64,000 bases of DNA from positions 736,001-800,000 of the forward strand of contig CAWIGG010000004.1 in assembly GCA_963835575.1 (NCBI GenBank), read 5' to 3'. Positions 20,126-30,957 of this stretch are shown here, piece after piece; position 1 is the first letter of the stretch, and every line of letters starts with the position of its first letter. Below the pieces are notes generated by a model that was not told the origin of the DNA, did not search any database, and saw nothing but the letters and a program-made list of their open reading frames with translations. A program made the position numbers and the translations under genes. Source of the DNA: an uncultured Spirochaetota bacterium (GTDB lineage: Bacteria > Spirochaetota > Brevinematia > Brevinematales > JAOACQ01).

Positions 20126-21001
20126 GTGTTCTGCCGTTTGTGCGGAAGTGAAAATATCAGACAAAAGTATCAGATCAATAAATATAATCCGGAATTAGTT
20201 ATTTTTGAGTGTCAATCCTGCCGGTTCCTTTTTCAGGAACTGGATAAAAAAAAAGCTTATTCATTTTATGATCAGGGTTATTATGAAGGAAAAAACAACT
20301 ATTCATACATGGATGAAAGACAGGATGAGGAAGCCTGCCGGATTGTATGGAAAAAAAGATTTGAAAAATGGGAAAACTGGGATAAAACAAAAAGTCTTAA
20401 AAAGAATTATCTGGATGTCGGCTGTTCCTTCGGCGGTTTGATGAAGGCGGCGCAGGAAAAAGGATATAAAGCTTACGGCGTCGAAATCTCTGAATATTCC
20501 GGTGATTATGCGAAAAAGCGTTTCGGGAACAATGCCGTCCTGATCGGAAATATAGAAAATATTGCACTGCCGGAGGATTATTACTCAATTGTCAGCATGA
20601 TTGAGGTCATTGAGCATCTTTATGATCCCAAAAAGGCTGTACAGAATATTTATAATGCGATGAAAAATGGGGCTCTTTTGGTTGTGCAGACGGCGGATAT
20701 GGACGGTCTGCAGTCCAGGATTTATGGAAAAAAATATCATTATTACCTTCCCGGGCATCTTTCCTGCTTTTCCAGGGAAAATTTGACAAAGCTATTGCGT
20801 TCTGCCGGATTTTCGAGGATAAGGTTTTTCGGCGGTGTTGAGTTCGGGCTTCTTCCCAAATTGATGAAATCCGCGTATGGCTTTAAAAAATGGACGGATT
20901 ATCTGAAATGGTTTAAGATTTCCATGTATCATCTGATGAGCCGCATTGCGTGGGGAAGGATTCATTTAACCAGTTCTATGGTCATGACGGCGTGGAAATA
21001 A
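20126..21001 (+). CDS. Class I SAM-dependent methyltransferase with N-terminal Zn ribbon
   Basis: CRLC..CQSC, YLDVGCSFG, EVIEHL. Confidence 0.88.
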   Translation: MFCRLCGSENIRQKYQINKYNPELVIFECQSCRFLFQELDKKKAYSFYDQGYYEGKNNYSYMDERQDEEACRIVWKKRFEKWENWDKTKSLKKNYLDVGCSFGGLMKAAQEKGYKAYGVEISEYSGDYAKKRFGNNAVLIGNIENIALPEDYYSIVSMIEVIEHLYDPKKAVQNIYNAMKNGALLVVQTADMDGLQSRIYGKKYHYYLPGHLSCFSRENLTKLLRSAGFSRIRFFGGVEFGLLPKLMKSAYGFKKWTDYLKWFKISMYHLMSRIAWGRIHLTSSMVMTAWK

Positions 21002-21010
21002 AGAGGAATT

Positions 21011-21826
21011 ATGGAAACAGTTAAAAGAGGAATAGGGTTTTTGTATATCTCGCTGATCATCCATTTTTATATATTGTTAATAATCGGCATTACTGCGGAT
21101 AAGAATTTTCTTGATATGCTTCTGCATCCCTTAAAATATCAGAACAAAGAATCCGAACTTGAAAATGTGATCGTTGAAACAGAGACGGAATCAAAGGAAA
21201 AACCGGAGAAAGGCAAACTATCCGATAAGGCTAATATTAACAAGGCCTATAAAACAGGTGAAGAGAAATACAATTATTTTAATCCGGTTTTATCGCCGAA
21301 TAAGAGTAAGCCGGTGCCTCCGCAAAATCCTGTTAATGAAAAGAATAAAAATGATGAAAATGGAAAAGACGCAATCAGTATTGAGGATGTGAATCATCAG
21401 AAGCTTGCGCCTGCCGAAGCCAGCGATAACCGCACGTCGTTTTTTGACCCGGACAAACCGTTTGATGTAACGATGAATAATCAGGGCGACATATCGCTTG
21501 CCACGATTCCCGAGGAATTTGCATCCTATTTTTTGAATGTTCAGAAAAAAGTCGGCGAGAGCTGGATGAATTTCTTTCCGGTTTTTCAGTATTATCAGGG
21601 TATCATAAAAAGCGGCGAGGTCATTGTCCGCTTCTGGATTGATGAGAAGGGGAACCCCGTTAATCCGACTCTTATGAAATCGTACGGCTACCAAATTCTG
21701 GACGAGGCATGCGTCAATGCCATTCTTTATGCCAGAAATTTCGGACCTCTTCCCCAGGCCCTCCGGAAGAATAAATATATCAGCATTGAATTCAAGTTTA
21801 TCTATATGACAAAAGAAAAGGATTAA
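21011..21826 (+). CDS. TonB-family energy transducer
   Basis: N-terminal TM SLIIH, Pro/Lys linker, C-terminal GEVIVRFWID..G..LDEA..AI...FGPLP. Confidence 0.8.
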   Translation: METVKRGIGFLYISLIIHFYILLIIGITADKNFLDMLLHPLKYQNKESELENVIVETETESKEKPEKGKLSDKANINKAYKTGEEKYNYFNPVLSPNKSKPVPPQNPVNEKNKNDENGKDAISIEDVNHQKLAPAEASDNRTSFFDPDKPFDVTMNNQGDISLATIPEEFASYFLNVQKKVGESWMNFFPVFQYYQGIIKSGEVIVRFWIDEKGNPVNPTLMKSYGYQILDEACVNAILYARNFGPLPQALRKNKYISIEFKFIYMTKEKD

Positions 21827-21963
21827 CCCCCCGCGGAATTTGATTTTTTTCCCGATAAAATATAGAATACTCTTCTGTCTTTTCAAACAGCATGGACTTA
21901 TCCCGGCGTTCTATTTTCGAATAATGAACAGGTTTTTTAAAAAAACGACGAAAGGGGTTTTTT

Positions 21964-22899
21964 ATGATTACGGTCAAGGGGCTGAAAAAACACTATGGCG
22001 ATGTGAAAGCGGTGGATGGTATTGATTTTGAAATAAAAAAGGGTGAAATTGTAGGGCTTCTCGGCCCTAACGGCGCCGGAAAAACAACCACTCTCAGAAT
22101 GCTGACCGGTTATCTGACTCCAACCGCTGGAGATGTGACCATCGGTAAAAAGAATATATATGAAGGCATGACCGAAATTAAAAAGATTATCGGCTATCTG
22201 CCGGAATCCGCGCCGCTTTATTATGACATGGTCGCGTATGATTATTTAAAGTTTATCGCGCGCATTCAGGAAGTAAAAGAGGAAAAGATTGATACTAGAA
22301 TTGATTACGTTATTGATAAATGCGGATTGAATACTGTTATCGATAAAAAAATCGCCGAGCTTTCAAAAGGCTATAAGCAGAGGGTCGGCCTGGCCCATGC
22401 CATCATTCATGACCCGGAAATATTAATCCTGGATGAACCGACAAGCGGTCTTGACCCGAATCAGATCGTTGAAATCAGGGAGCTGATAAAAGAGCTCGGC
22501 CGTGAAAAAACGGTCATATTATCAACTCATATTTTGACCGAAGTTGAAGCTTCCTGCAGCAGGGTCATCATCATCAACAAGGGAAGTATCGTGGCGGATA
22601 GTTCGACAAAAAAATTGATGGCGGGCAGGAAAAGCTCCGACATCATTGTTATACAAATCAAAACTAAGGACACGAAAAAATCTATAATTGACCGTCTCAG
22701 TATTGACGGCATCAATAAAGTTGAGATCGGCGCTGATAGTAAAGGCGTAAAGGAAGTTTTAATTTACTCTGATTTTGGAAAAGACCCGAGAGAAGCTCTT
22801 TATCAGAAAATTAAAAAAAGCGATTGGACACTGCTGGAAATGAAAAAAGAAAAACAGACGCTGGAAAACATATTCCAGGATTTGACGAAGGAGGATTAA
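21964..22899 (+). CDS. ABC transporter ATP-binding protein (GldA-like)
   Basis: GPNGAGKTT, LSKGYKQRVG, ILDEPT, STH. Confidence 0.93.
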   Translation: MITVKGLKKHYGDVKAVDGIDFEIKKGEIVGLLGPNGAGKTTTLRMLTGYLTPTAGDVTIGKKNIYEGMTEIKKIIGYLPESAPLYYDMVAYDYLKFIARIQEVKEEKIDTRIDYVIDKCGLNTVIDKKIAELSKGYKQRVGLAHAIIHDPEILILDEPTSGLDPNQIVEIRELIKELGREKTVILSTHILTEVEASCSRVIIINKGSIVADSSTKKLMAGRKSSDIIVIQIKTKDTKKSIIDRLSIDGINKVEIGADSKGVKEVLIYSDFGKDPREALYQKIKKSDWTLLEMKKEKQTLENIFQDLTKED

Positions 22900-22900
22900 C

Positions 22901-23629
22901 ATGCAGGAAGGCATACTTAATTACAAAAAGATATGGATTTTATTTAAAAAGGAACTCCGGTTCTTTTTCTTTTCGCCTATTGCGTATATATTCATCTGTA
23001 TTTTTCTGGTACTTGTCGGATGGTTTTTCTTTTCCCGTTTCTTTCTCTATAATCAGGTGGAGATGAGAGGTTTTTTTGAGCTTCTTCCGATTTTTCTCGC
23101 TTTAATTATTCCAGCTATCACCATGGGACTTTTTTCCGAGGAGTTCAGCGTGGGTTCGTATGAAATGATCAGCACTACGTCCGTTACTTTGATGGATATC
23201 ATTCTGGGTAAGTTTCTGGCGGCCAGTACATTTATGCTGATAGCCCTGACGCCGACGCTGTTATACCCCATCAGCATTTCTTTTCTGGGGGAACTTGATA
23301 TCGGACCGGTCATTGGCGGGTATGTCGGTTCCGTGTTTTTAATCGGCGCCCTTACATCAATCGGAATATTCACTTCTTCCCTGACAAAGAACCAGATCGT
23401 TTCCCTTATTATCGCGCTGGCTATCTGCTTTTTCCTGTCTTTTATTCTGGGGTTTATGAAAAGCTTTGCCCCCGCCGCCATGGTCGGGATTATTGAATTT
23501 ATATCCGCTGATGCGCATTTTAATAATATAGCGAAAGGGGTCATTGACTGGCGTGATATTCTCTATTTTATATCAATCATTGTTATAGCGCTTTATTCAA
23601 CGAAGCTTGTGCTGGAACGCAGAAAGTAG
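22901..23629 (+). CDS. ABC transporter permease (GldF-like)
   Basis: KKELR.FF.SPIAY, six TM segments, TKNQIVS, GVID.RD. Confidence 0.88.
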   Translation: MQEGILNYKKIWILFKKELRFFFFSPIAYIFICIFLVLVGWFFFSRFFLYNQVEMRGFFELLPIFLALIIPAITMGLFSEEFSVGSYEMISTTSVTLMDIILGKFLAASTFMLIALTPTLLYPISISFLGELDIGPVIGGYVGSVFLIGALTSIGIFTSSLTKNQIVSLIIALAICFFLSFILGFMKSFAPAAMVGIIEFISADAHFNNIAKGVIDWRDILYFISIIVIALYSTKLVLERRK

Positions 23630-23651
23630 AAGCATTGAAGGAGAAATAAAT

Positions 23652-25757
23652 ATGAAAAGGAATTTACAGAAAAGCAGGATGGATCATCTGATCACATATC
23701 TGATTGTAATCGGCATCATTTTTTTATTGAATATTGTCTGTCTCCGGTTTTTTGTCAAGCTGGACCTGACGCGTGAGCAGGTATTTTCTCTTTCAAATCC
23801 CAGCAAAGCAATGATAAAAAAGCTGTCGGAGCCGATGACAGTCAAGGTCTTTTTTACTCCGGACCTTCCGGCGCCTTATAACAGCTATGAGCGGTATTTA
23901 AAGGATATTCTCGCTGAATATAAACTGAACAGCAGAAACAACAATTTCCGGTATGAGTTTGTCGACATGTCAAGGAATCCGGATGAACCTTCGGAATACG
24001 GCATATCTCCCGTTCAGATAAGGGTTGTGGATAAGGACCAGTTTCAGTCGAAAAAGGCTTTTGTCGGCATGGTATTTCTCCATGCGAATATGGTTGAAAG
24101 AATTCAGCAGATTACCACTGTGGATGGGCTGGAATACCGGATTACTTCCATAATACGGAAGATGATCAATAAAATTGACTGGCTGAGTGCCTTGAAAACA
24201 AATATACAGGTTGTCCTGATCGCTTCTTCTGATATTCCTCTTCAGGAAATCCCTCATTTGAATGATACAATCAAGGAAAAATTCGATTCTTTGAATTCAA
24301 AAATGATGGGCAAACTGGAATACCGTTATTATGATCCTGTCCGGGACAAGGAAGGGGAAGAATTGGCGAAAAAATACGGTTTTCAGAAAATATCCTGGAA
24401 GTCAATAGCGGACGAGCAGGGGAACTCGATACCATCCGGTTCCGGCTATGTTGGATTATTAATTAAATATGAAGACAAGTATAAAATAATAAATTTGCTG
24501 TCGGAAGGTTTACTTGGAAATTATTATCTTGAGAATCTTGACAGTCTTGAAGATACCATGCAGGGCGCTGTTGATAATTTGATCCGGGTGAACCCCAAAG
24601 TCGGCTATCTGTACGGCGACGGTGAACCGGAACCCTGGGATTATGGACGGGTAACAGGACAGGATAGCGGCGATGCGGTTTCCCGGTTTGCCGATTTTAT
24701 CAATCAGGATTATGAGTTTGAAACTGTTTCTTTAAAAGATGGAAAAATTCCCGATGATCTTTCGGCGCTTCTTATCGTTGAACCGCGGCTGCCTATGACA
24801 GAGTATGAGTTTTATCAGATAGATCAGTTTATCATGTCCGGAAAGCCTGTCGCTTTCTTTACCCCCGGCCTGTTCTATCCTCAGCCCGATGCTCAATCGA
24901 CGGGCGAGGTGCCTAAAGGATATAAATCTCTGGCAGGTATAGATAAACTTCTTGAGTATTACGGCATTAGAATTAATGATAACCTTATTCTTGACAAAGT
25001 TTCATATAAACAGCAAATGTCTCAGGATATGGGCGGAGGGGAATTGGCGATTCATTTTGCACCGATTATTGAACAGGAAAATATTTCTAAGAACAATATC
25101 ATTACAAAAAAGATCAAGGGAATGCTGGTTGTAAAAGCTTCATCTTTGGATCCGGTGGAAGATACGATAAAAAGTAATAATTTAATTTTTACGCCGCTTA
25201 TTAAAACATCAAAAGAATCCTGGGAAGCCGGTCCGGGAGTTTCGCTCCACCCTTATTTTCTGCAGCCCTCAATCGACACGAAATATTCACAATATACTCT
25301 GGCCGCGACTCTTGAGGGACGCTTTAAAAGCTATTTTGAAGGAAAAGAGATTCCTTCGGCTCCGCCAAGCACAAATAATACAAAATTAAAAATTAAATCA
25401 AATGTTTTAAGAGAAAAAACAGCCGATTTTCTTCCTGTATCGGATCATGGAAGGATTATTGTTCTTTCAGTTGCCGAAATGTTAAAAAACACTATAATGG
25501 ACGAGGAAGGTATCAGTCCTAACGCTATTTTTTCCAGGAATGTTGTTGACTGGCTTGTGGGTGATTCCGATCTGATCCAGATCAGAAATAAAGGCCTTTC
25601 CTATAATCCGCCCAGAAAAACATCGGATTTGGTAAAAAATATAGTCCGCTGGTCGGATTTGATTATCGCGCCGCTTTTGGTCGTTTTATTGGGATTCTTA
25701 TTGTGGAATCTTGACAGCGCGAGAAGAAAGAAAATTAAAGCTCTCTTTAATAAATAA
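23652..25757 (+). CDS. GldG-family ABC auxiliary protein
   Basis: DLT....FSLS, EY.ITS.I, N..F..N.VDWL, TM at both ends. Confidence 0.85.
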   Translation: MKRNLQKSRMDHLITYLIVIGIIFLLNIVCLRFFVKLDLTREQVFSLSNPSKAMIKKLSEPMTVKVFFTPDLPAPYNSYERYLKDILAEYKLNSRNNNFRYEFVDMSRNPDEPSEYGISPVQIRVVDKDQFQSKKAFVGMVFLHANMVERIQQITTVDGLEYRITSIIRKMINKIDWLSALKTNIQVVLIASSDIPLQEIPHLNDTIKEKFDSLNSKMMGKLEYRYYDPVRDKEGEELAKKYGFQKISWKSIADEQGNSIPSGSGYVGLLIKYEDKYKIINLLSEGLLGNYYLENLDSLEDTMQGAVDNLIRVNPKVGYLYGDGEPEPWDYGRVTGQDSGDAVSRFADFINQDYEFETVSLKDGKIPDDLSALLIVEPRLPMTEYEFYQIDQFIMSGKPVAFFTPGLFYPQPDAQSTGEVPKGYKSLAGIDKLLEYYGIRINDNLILDKVSYKQQMSQDMGGGELAIHFAPIIEQENISKNNIITKKIKGMLVVKASSLDPVEDTIKSNNLIFTPLIKTSKESWEAGPGVSLHPYFLQPSIDTKYSQYTLAATLEGRFKSYFEGKEIPSAPPSTNNTKLKIKSNVLREKTADFLPVSDHGRIIVLSVAEMLKNTIMDEEGISPNAIFSRNVVDWLVGDSDLIQIRNKGLSYNPPRKTSDLVKNIVRWSDLIIAPLLVVLLGFLLWNLDSARRKKIKALFNK

Positions 25758-25773
25758 AAGCCGGGGAGGAATT

Positions 25774-26700
25774 ATGAAAGTCCAGAAAAAATATATTGTT
25801 TTATTATCCATTCTCGGAATATTAGCGCTGATCTGGATCTTTTCCAGCTTTTTTCAGGAAAGGGTTTATGATGTACCGAACTTAAAGCCTGTACAGAATG
25901 TGACAGAAATTGAGCTCAGAAGAGGAACGGGGACAAACAGCATTCTTATTCTGACCAATAATAAATGGATGCTGGAGCCCGGCGGTTATAACGCGGATCA
26001 AGAGGCAGCGGATGAGATGATAAAACATCTGAAGGATTTTGCCCTGACTGATCTGGTATCCCGCAGCGGTGTCCTTGTGAATTATGGGCTGGATGAATCA
26101 AACCGTATTGAAATCATTATTAACGACGGCGGCAAAACCGTTCTCCATTTTTTTATGGGCAAAGCGAGTGCGACAATGCGGCATACCTATGTGCAGATGC
26201 CTGGCGATAAAAATATTTACCAGGCAAAGGGAAACTTTGATTATGCCTTCAATAAAGACGCGGATTCCCTGAAATCAAGAGAGATATTAAAACTTTCTAA
26301 AGAAGATATTATAGAAGTTGAGATAAACGAAAAAGGCCGGAAATTTGTATTAAGCAGGATTGAAAACAAAGAAACTGATACGAAAACAAACATTTCCGTA
26401 AACAAAACCATTGAATGGAAATCTTCCTGGAAAAATCCTCCGGATACGGATAAAGTTGACGCTTTTCTGCAGAAATTAACGCCGCTCACAGCGGCCGGTC
26501 TGGCTTCCGGAAAATTAGATGAAGCGGCCCCATATTTAAGGCTTATCAGGATCAGGACAAAAGCAGAGGAACTGACCATTTATATCATTAATCAGGAAAA
26601 AGATAAAAACTATATAGTGGGCGTCAAAGGCAACCCGTCCCTGTTTAAAATATCCGAAGCGCAGGGTAAAGATTTACTAAAAAATATTAATGAGCTATAA
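25774..26700 (+). CDS. DUF4340 domain protein
   Basis: N-terminal TM, YGLD motif; usual fourth gene after GldAFG-like genes. Confidence 0.75.
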   Translation: MKVQKKYIVLLSILGILALIWIFSSFFQERVYDVPNLKPVQNVTEIELRRGTGTNSILILTNNKWMLEPGGYNADQEAADEMIKHLKDFALTDLVSRSGVLVNYGLDESNRIEIIINDGGKTVLHFFMGKASATMRHTYVQMPGDKNIYQAKGNFDYAFNKDADSLKSREILKLSKEDIIEVEINEKGRKFVLSRIENKETDTKTNISVNKTIEWKSSWKNPPDTDKVDAFLQKLTPLTAAGLASGKLDEAAPYLRLIRIRTKAEELTIYIINQEKDKNYIVGVKGNPSLFKISEAQGKDLLKNINEL

Positions 26701-26799
26701 TAATAAAATAATATTTTTTTAAACAAAAAGGGAATAATTTTATATTCCGTTTTCCTCTGTCGATATAATATATCATTCCGGATTTGAAAGGAGAAAACG

Positions 26800-27219
26800 G
26801 TGGAAAACGAGGAAAGAATTGCCCTTATCCGAAGGGGTAATGAGCTTTTTAATCAGGGCGATTTTAAGAATTCGCTTAAGATATTTTTAGCGACTAATTA
26901 TAAAGACGGGATCATCCGTGTCGCTGATGTTCTATATTTTGATAAAAAAGATAAATTTAACGCCATCAAGCTTTACAAGAAGGCCGGGCATCAGAAGGTT
27001 ATTGATGAGTTTGCCGAAAGAGCGGCCCAGCTGATCCAGCTTCTGCTTGCTGAAGATAAGATAGCCCATGAAATAGTAGAGGGCATTTCCGGATCGATTG
27101 TTAAAGAATGGAAACCGGTGGTCATATCCAGCGAGGATCTTGCCAATATCGGGAAAGGGGTAAGTAATGATCATTCTGGAGGGGAAACAGGTCGTAGCGG
27201 AGGAAAAAAAGAGGATTAA
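26800..27219 (+). CDS. Hypothetical TPR-like protein
   Basis: ALIRRGNELFNQG helical repeat; AGGAG RBS, GTG start. Confidence 0.65.
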   Translation: MENEERIALIRRGNELFNQGDFKNSLKIFLATNYKDGIIRVADVLYFDKKDKFNAIKLYKKAGHQKVIDEFAERAAQLIQLLLAEDKIAHEIVEGISGSIVKEWKPVVISSEDLANIGKGVSNDHSGGETGRSGGKKED

Positions 27220-28027
27220 GGAAGAAGTCGAGAAACTTCCTTATCCAGTATCTCTTTCCGTTATTCTTGTGGGAGAGGACCCGGCCTCGCAGAGTTATGT
27301 CGCATCGAAGGAAAAAGCCTGTCTTGAACTGGGAATAAAGTCGCAGATTTTCAGACTGTCTGAAAAAACCTCCCGGCAGGACATTATCAAAAAAATCAAA
27401 GAGCTCAATTCTGATCCGGGCGTTAACGGCATTCTGGTGCAGATCCCTTTACCGGATCATCTTGAAGAAGAGCTTATCATTGAAACAATAGATCCGCTTA
27501 AAGATGTCGATTGCCTTCATCCCTATAATTTAGGCAGGCTTCTTGTCGGAAATCCGATCGTGGAGCCATGCACGCCGAAAGGCATAATCAGGATCCTGGA
27601 TTATTATAAAATTCCTCTTGAAGGCAAAAGGGCCGTTGTATTGGGCAGAAGCAATATAGTCGGCAAACCGGTTGCCGCGATGATGACTAAGAGAAACGCG
27701 ACGGTGACGGTCTGTCATTCTAAAACAAAAGAGATTGAAAAAATTACCCGCGAGGCGGATATTATTGTAGCCGCGATAGGCAGGCCTTTATTTTTAAAGA
27801 ATGATATGGTAAAAGAAGGCGCTGTCGTTATCGATGTGGGCATTAACCGTGTTGCCGACGCATCAAAACCGAAAGGATACCGTGTTGTCGGCGATGCCGA
27901 TTATGACGGACTGCTGGGAAAAGTCAGCGCTATTACGCCGGTGCCCGGCGGAATCGGCCTGATGACCGTGGCGATGCTGATGGATAATGTTGTGCAGTGG
28001 GCAAAGTACCAGAGGAATAAAAAGTAA
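27167..28027 (+). CDS. folD: Methylenetetrahydrofolate dehydrogenase/cyclohydrolase
   Basis: ILVGEDPAS.SY, KDVD, PCTP.G, GRSNIVGKP, ITPVPGG.G. Confidence 0.97.
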   Translation: MIILEGKQVVAEEKKRIKEEVEKLPYPVSLSVILVGEDPASQSYVASKEKACLELGIKSQIFRLSEKTSRQDIIKKIKELNSDPGVNGILVQIPLPDHLEEELIIETIDPLKDVDCLHPYNLGRLLVGNPIVEPCTPKGIIRILDYYKIPLEGKRAVVLGRSNIVGKPVAAMMTKRNATVTVCHSKTKEIEKITREADIIVAAIGRPLFLKNDMVKEGAVVIDVGINRVADASKPKGYRVVGDADYDGLLGKVSAITPVPGGIGLMTVAMLMDNVVQWAKYQRNKK

Positions 28028-28701
28028 TGAACGGGGTCCTATATGTCGTGGCGACACCCATCGGCAATCTGGGCGATATCACTCTCAGGGCATTAGAAGT
28101 CCTGAAAAGCGTTGATTCCATAGCCTGCGAGAATAAAGAAAGGCATATAAAGCTTTTGAATCATTACGGGATTAAAAAGCACCTGCTGGTTTATTCGCCG
28201 GCTAATGAAAAAAACAGCGCCAGGGGCATAGTCAAGCTTTTACTGGAAGGGAAAAGCATAGCCCTTGTCAGCGACGCCGGAATCCCGGCTTTGTCGGACC
28301 CGGGAGCTTTCGTGATTGAAGAGGCAAGAAATAACGGTATTAAGGTTATTCCGCTGCCCGGGGCTTCGGCCCTGACGACATTATTGGCGGCTTCAGGAAT
28401 ACCGGCCAAGAGGATCGTTTTTCTCGGTTTTCTGCCCAAGGCGGCCGGGAAGCAGGAGAAAGAACTTAAAGAATATAAGGGCTTTAACGGCGGTATTATT
28501 TTATTTACGCCGCAGTACCATATAAAAAAAATACTCTCTGTTGTTAATAAAATTTTCGGTAATGTCGAAATTATAATAGGGAGAGAGATGACAAAGCTCA
28601 ATGAAGAATATATTCATGGAAAAATAGAAGATATTATCGGGAAGGGCTTTGAGGAAAGAGGCGAATTTACACTTTTAATTAATAACAGAATAAAGAAATA
28701 A
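28027..28701 (+). CDS. rsmI: 16S rRNA (cytidine1402-2'-O)-methyltransferase
   Basis: LYVVATPIGNL.DIT.RAL, VSDAG.P.LSDPG, REMTK, GEFTL. Confidence 0.93.
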   Translation: MNGVLYVVATPIGNLGDITLRALEVLKSVDSIACENKERHIKLLNHYGIKKHLLVYSPANEKNSARGIVKLLLEGKSIALVSDAGIPALSDPGAFVIEEARNNGIKVIPLPGASALTTLLAASGIPAKRIVFLGFLPKAAGKQEKELKEYKGFNGGIILFTPQYHIKKILSVVNKIFGNVEIIIGREMTKLNEEYIHGKIEDIIGKGFEERGEFTLLINNRIKK

Positions 28702-28730
28702 AAATTAGTTTTTAAGAAGGGTTGTTTTTC

Positions 28731-28758
28731 TAAAGATTGTCCGGAAAAAGTCCGAAAA
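28731..28758 (+). promoter_or_regulatory. Possible sigma28 (FliA) promoter for flgM
   Basis: TAAA-N16-TCCGAAAA versus the TAAA-N15/16-GCCGATAA consensus. Confidence 0.45.
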
Positions 28759-28785
28759 TAAAACCGACTGATGAGGAGGTCCTTT

Positions 28786-29076
28786 ATGGAAATTCGTGGC
28801 ATTGATAATGTAAGGGGAATTGATAATAATTCTAAAATCAATAAGGTTGTCAAAAAGGACAGCGATGCCGCTCAAGTACAGGATTCAACTGAAATTTCCG
28901 TTGAAGCGAAACAGCTGGCGGAAGAGGCGAAAATACGCGAGACTATGGCCAGGGTTCCTGATGTTAGAGCAGACAAGGTACAGGAAGCAAAAGAGAAGCT
29001 GAAAAGCGGCGAGTATAATAAAGAAGAAGTTATCAATACCGTTGCTGAAAGGCTTATGAAGGTGCTTGGTTTATAA
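28786..29076 (+). CDS. flgM: Anti-sigma-28 factor
   Basis: DSTEISVEA..PDVRADKV..AK.KL..GEY; GGAGG RBS. Confidence 0.85.
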   Translation: MEIRGIDNVRGIDNNSKINKVVKKDSDAAQVQDSTEISVEAKQLAEEAKIRETMARVPDVRADKVQEAKEKLKSGEYNKEEVINTVAERLMKVLGL

Positions 29077-29111
29077 CCGGTAATTGATTAAATATTGAAG
29101 CTAATCTATTA

Positions 29112-29150
29112 TAAAAAAACAGCGGGCAAATAATGCCCGCTGTTTTTTTA
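29112..29150 (+). terminator. Intrinsic terminator after flgM
   Basis: AAAAAAACAGCGGGCA-AATAA-TGCCCGCTGTTTTTTT. Confidence 0.88.
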
Positions 29151-29218
29151 TTGCCTGAATAGATAAAAGACTCGTCCTGTGTTATAATGAATGGATATTT
29201 ATACGAACAGGATTTGAT

Positions 29219-30556
29219 ATGAAAAATGGTTTACCGGTTGTCGCGATAGTCGGCAGGCCGAATGTCGGCAAATCTTCTCTTTTTAACTTGCTCTTAGGAG
29301 AAAGGAAATCGATTGTCGATGAGGCTGAAGGCGTTACCAGAGATATTAATATGGGGATTGTTAAAACGCCCCGCACGGCTTTTAACCTGTATGATACGGC
29401 TGGTTATCTTGAAAAAGGCGATGATTTCAATAAGCTTGTCCAGGCAAAAATCAAGCAGGCAATACAGGACACGGAGCTTGTTTTATTTATGGTCGACGGA
29501 AGGAACCCGCACCCTTATGACGAAGAGATTGCCCGTTTTCTGCTTAAACAGGAAAAAAAGATAATCATTGTGGCGAATAAGCTTGACAACAGGGACATGG
29601 AAAGTATGGCCGATCAATTCTATCATCTGAACTTTCCTCAAATTGTTCCCTTTTCGGTACTGCATAAGCGGGGATACAATCAGATAATGGATTTAATAGA
29701 AGATACTATTGAAAAAGCGCCCATACCGGCTGAAAATATTGAAGAGATCCCTATTTCCATAGTCGGTAAACCGAATGTGGGCAAATCGCTCCTGCTCAAT
29801 AATCTTCTCGGTTATGATAGAAGCATTGTGTCTGATGTGCCTGGTACAACAAGGGATTCCCTCGATGATGTTTTTGCATATGAAGGCAAGACAATCAGAT
29901 TAATTGATACGGCGGGGCTCAGGCGGAAATCAAAAATAGAGGGCAGCATCGAGTATTTCAGCAATGTCCGTACGGCCCAGGCTGTTGAACAAAGCGAAGT
30001 TGTCATTCAGCTCCTGGACGCGGGAGAGCCGCTGTCCCAGCAGGACAGGAAAATCATAGAAATGGTTATAGCAAAAGGAAGGGGCCTGATCATAGCTTAT
30101 AATAAATGGGATTTATTGAAAATACAGAGCGATGAAAACTACCGCTTGATGGAAGATTTGAGAAAGCAGACTTATAAAGAGATCGGTGTTTATCATTATG
30201 TGCCGATCGAGTTCATTTCCGCCCTGGATAATTACCGGATACCCAAACTGCTTGAGACGGCGCTGAGGGTTTATCATGACTATCACTACCGCGTGCCGAC
30301 AGGGACTTTAAACGAATGGTTCCGGAGGGAGATTAAGGAAAGCAATGAAAAAAGGCCGATGTCCAACCTCAGGGTTTATTATTTGACGCAGACAAATACG
30401 GCGCCGCCGAAATTCGTTTTTTTTATTAACAAAAAAGAACATTTAAGGAAGGACTATCCCAGGCATATTGAAAATAAATTGAGAGAGGCTTTTGAATTTA
30501 CCGGCGTTCCGATGAAAATCATATTCAGGGAGAAAGATAAGGAAAAAAGTAAATAG
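29219..30556 (+). CDS. der: Ribosome biogenesis GTPase Der (EngA)
   Basis: Two G domains (GRPNVGKSS/DTAG/NKLD and GKPNVGKS/DTAG/NKWD) plus KH-like C-terminus. Confidence 0.97.
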   Translation: MKNGLPVVAIVGRPNVGKSSLFNLLLGERKSIVDEAEGVTRDINMGIVKTPRTAFNLYDTAGYLEKGDDFNKLVQAKIKQAIQDTELVLFMVDGRNPHPYDEEIARFLLKQEKKIIIVANKLDNRDMESMADQFYHLNFPQIVPFSVLHKRGYNQIMDLIEDTIEKAPIPAENIEEIPISIVGKPNVGKSLLLNNLLGYDRSIVSDVPGTTRDSLDDVFAYEGKTIRLIDTAGLRRKSKIEGSIEYFSNVRTAQAVEQSEVVIQLLDAGEPLSQQDRKIIEMVIAKGRGLIIAYNKWDLLKIQSDENYRLMEDLRKQTYKEIGVYHYVPIEFISALDNYRIPKLLETALRVYHDYHYRVPTGTLNEWFRREIKESNEKRPMSNLRVYYLTQTNTAPPKFVFFINKKEHLRKDYPRHIENKLREAFEFTGVPMKIIFREKDKEKSK

Positions 30557-30582
30557 TTATAATACTAATAAGGAGGACGGTT

Positions 30583-30777
30583 ATGGCGGTAAAAAAAGAG
30601 AAAGCAGCGGCCGTTAAAAAAAGCCCGGCAAGGCCTGATTTAAGCAAGTTTCTGAGCGAAGTACAGCAAAAGGCCTATGAAATCTATCTTGAGAGGCAGA
30701 AAACAGGGCAATCCGGCAATGAGATGTCGGACTGGCTGAAAGCTGAGAAAGAGATTAAAAACAGGTATAAAATTTAA
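30583..30777 (+). CDS. DUF2934 domain small protein
   Basis: AYEIYL.R...G....DWL.AE.E. Confidence 0.8.
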   Translation: MAVKKEKAAAVKKSPARPDLSKFLSEVQQKAYEIYLERQKTGQSGNEMSDWLKAEKEIKNRYKI

Positions 30778-30888
30778 TTATAATTGATCCATCGAAATCA
30801 GTTCTCTCAACAGCTGGTCTGGAAAATAGAGATTTTAAAAATTTCAAAAACTTAGATTAAATAAAACAATGGAAGTTATAAACAATAC

Positions 30889-30916
30889 TTGAAAATAGCG
30901 ATTACCGGTCTATAAT
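30889..30916 (+). promoter_or_regulatory. Sigma70-type promoter
   Basis: TTGAAA-N16-TATAAT upstream of the 1355-aa gene. Confidence 0.55.
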
Positions 30917-30957
30917 AATTCATATAGAATAGTAAATACAGTTCCTGGGGAGGAAAA

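Noticed and set aside
21964..26700. Gliding motility system
   Set aside because: GldAFG-like ABC modules are widespread in non-gliding bacteria, and no other gliding or T9SS genes are present
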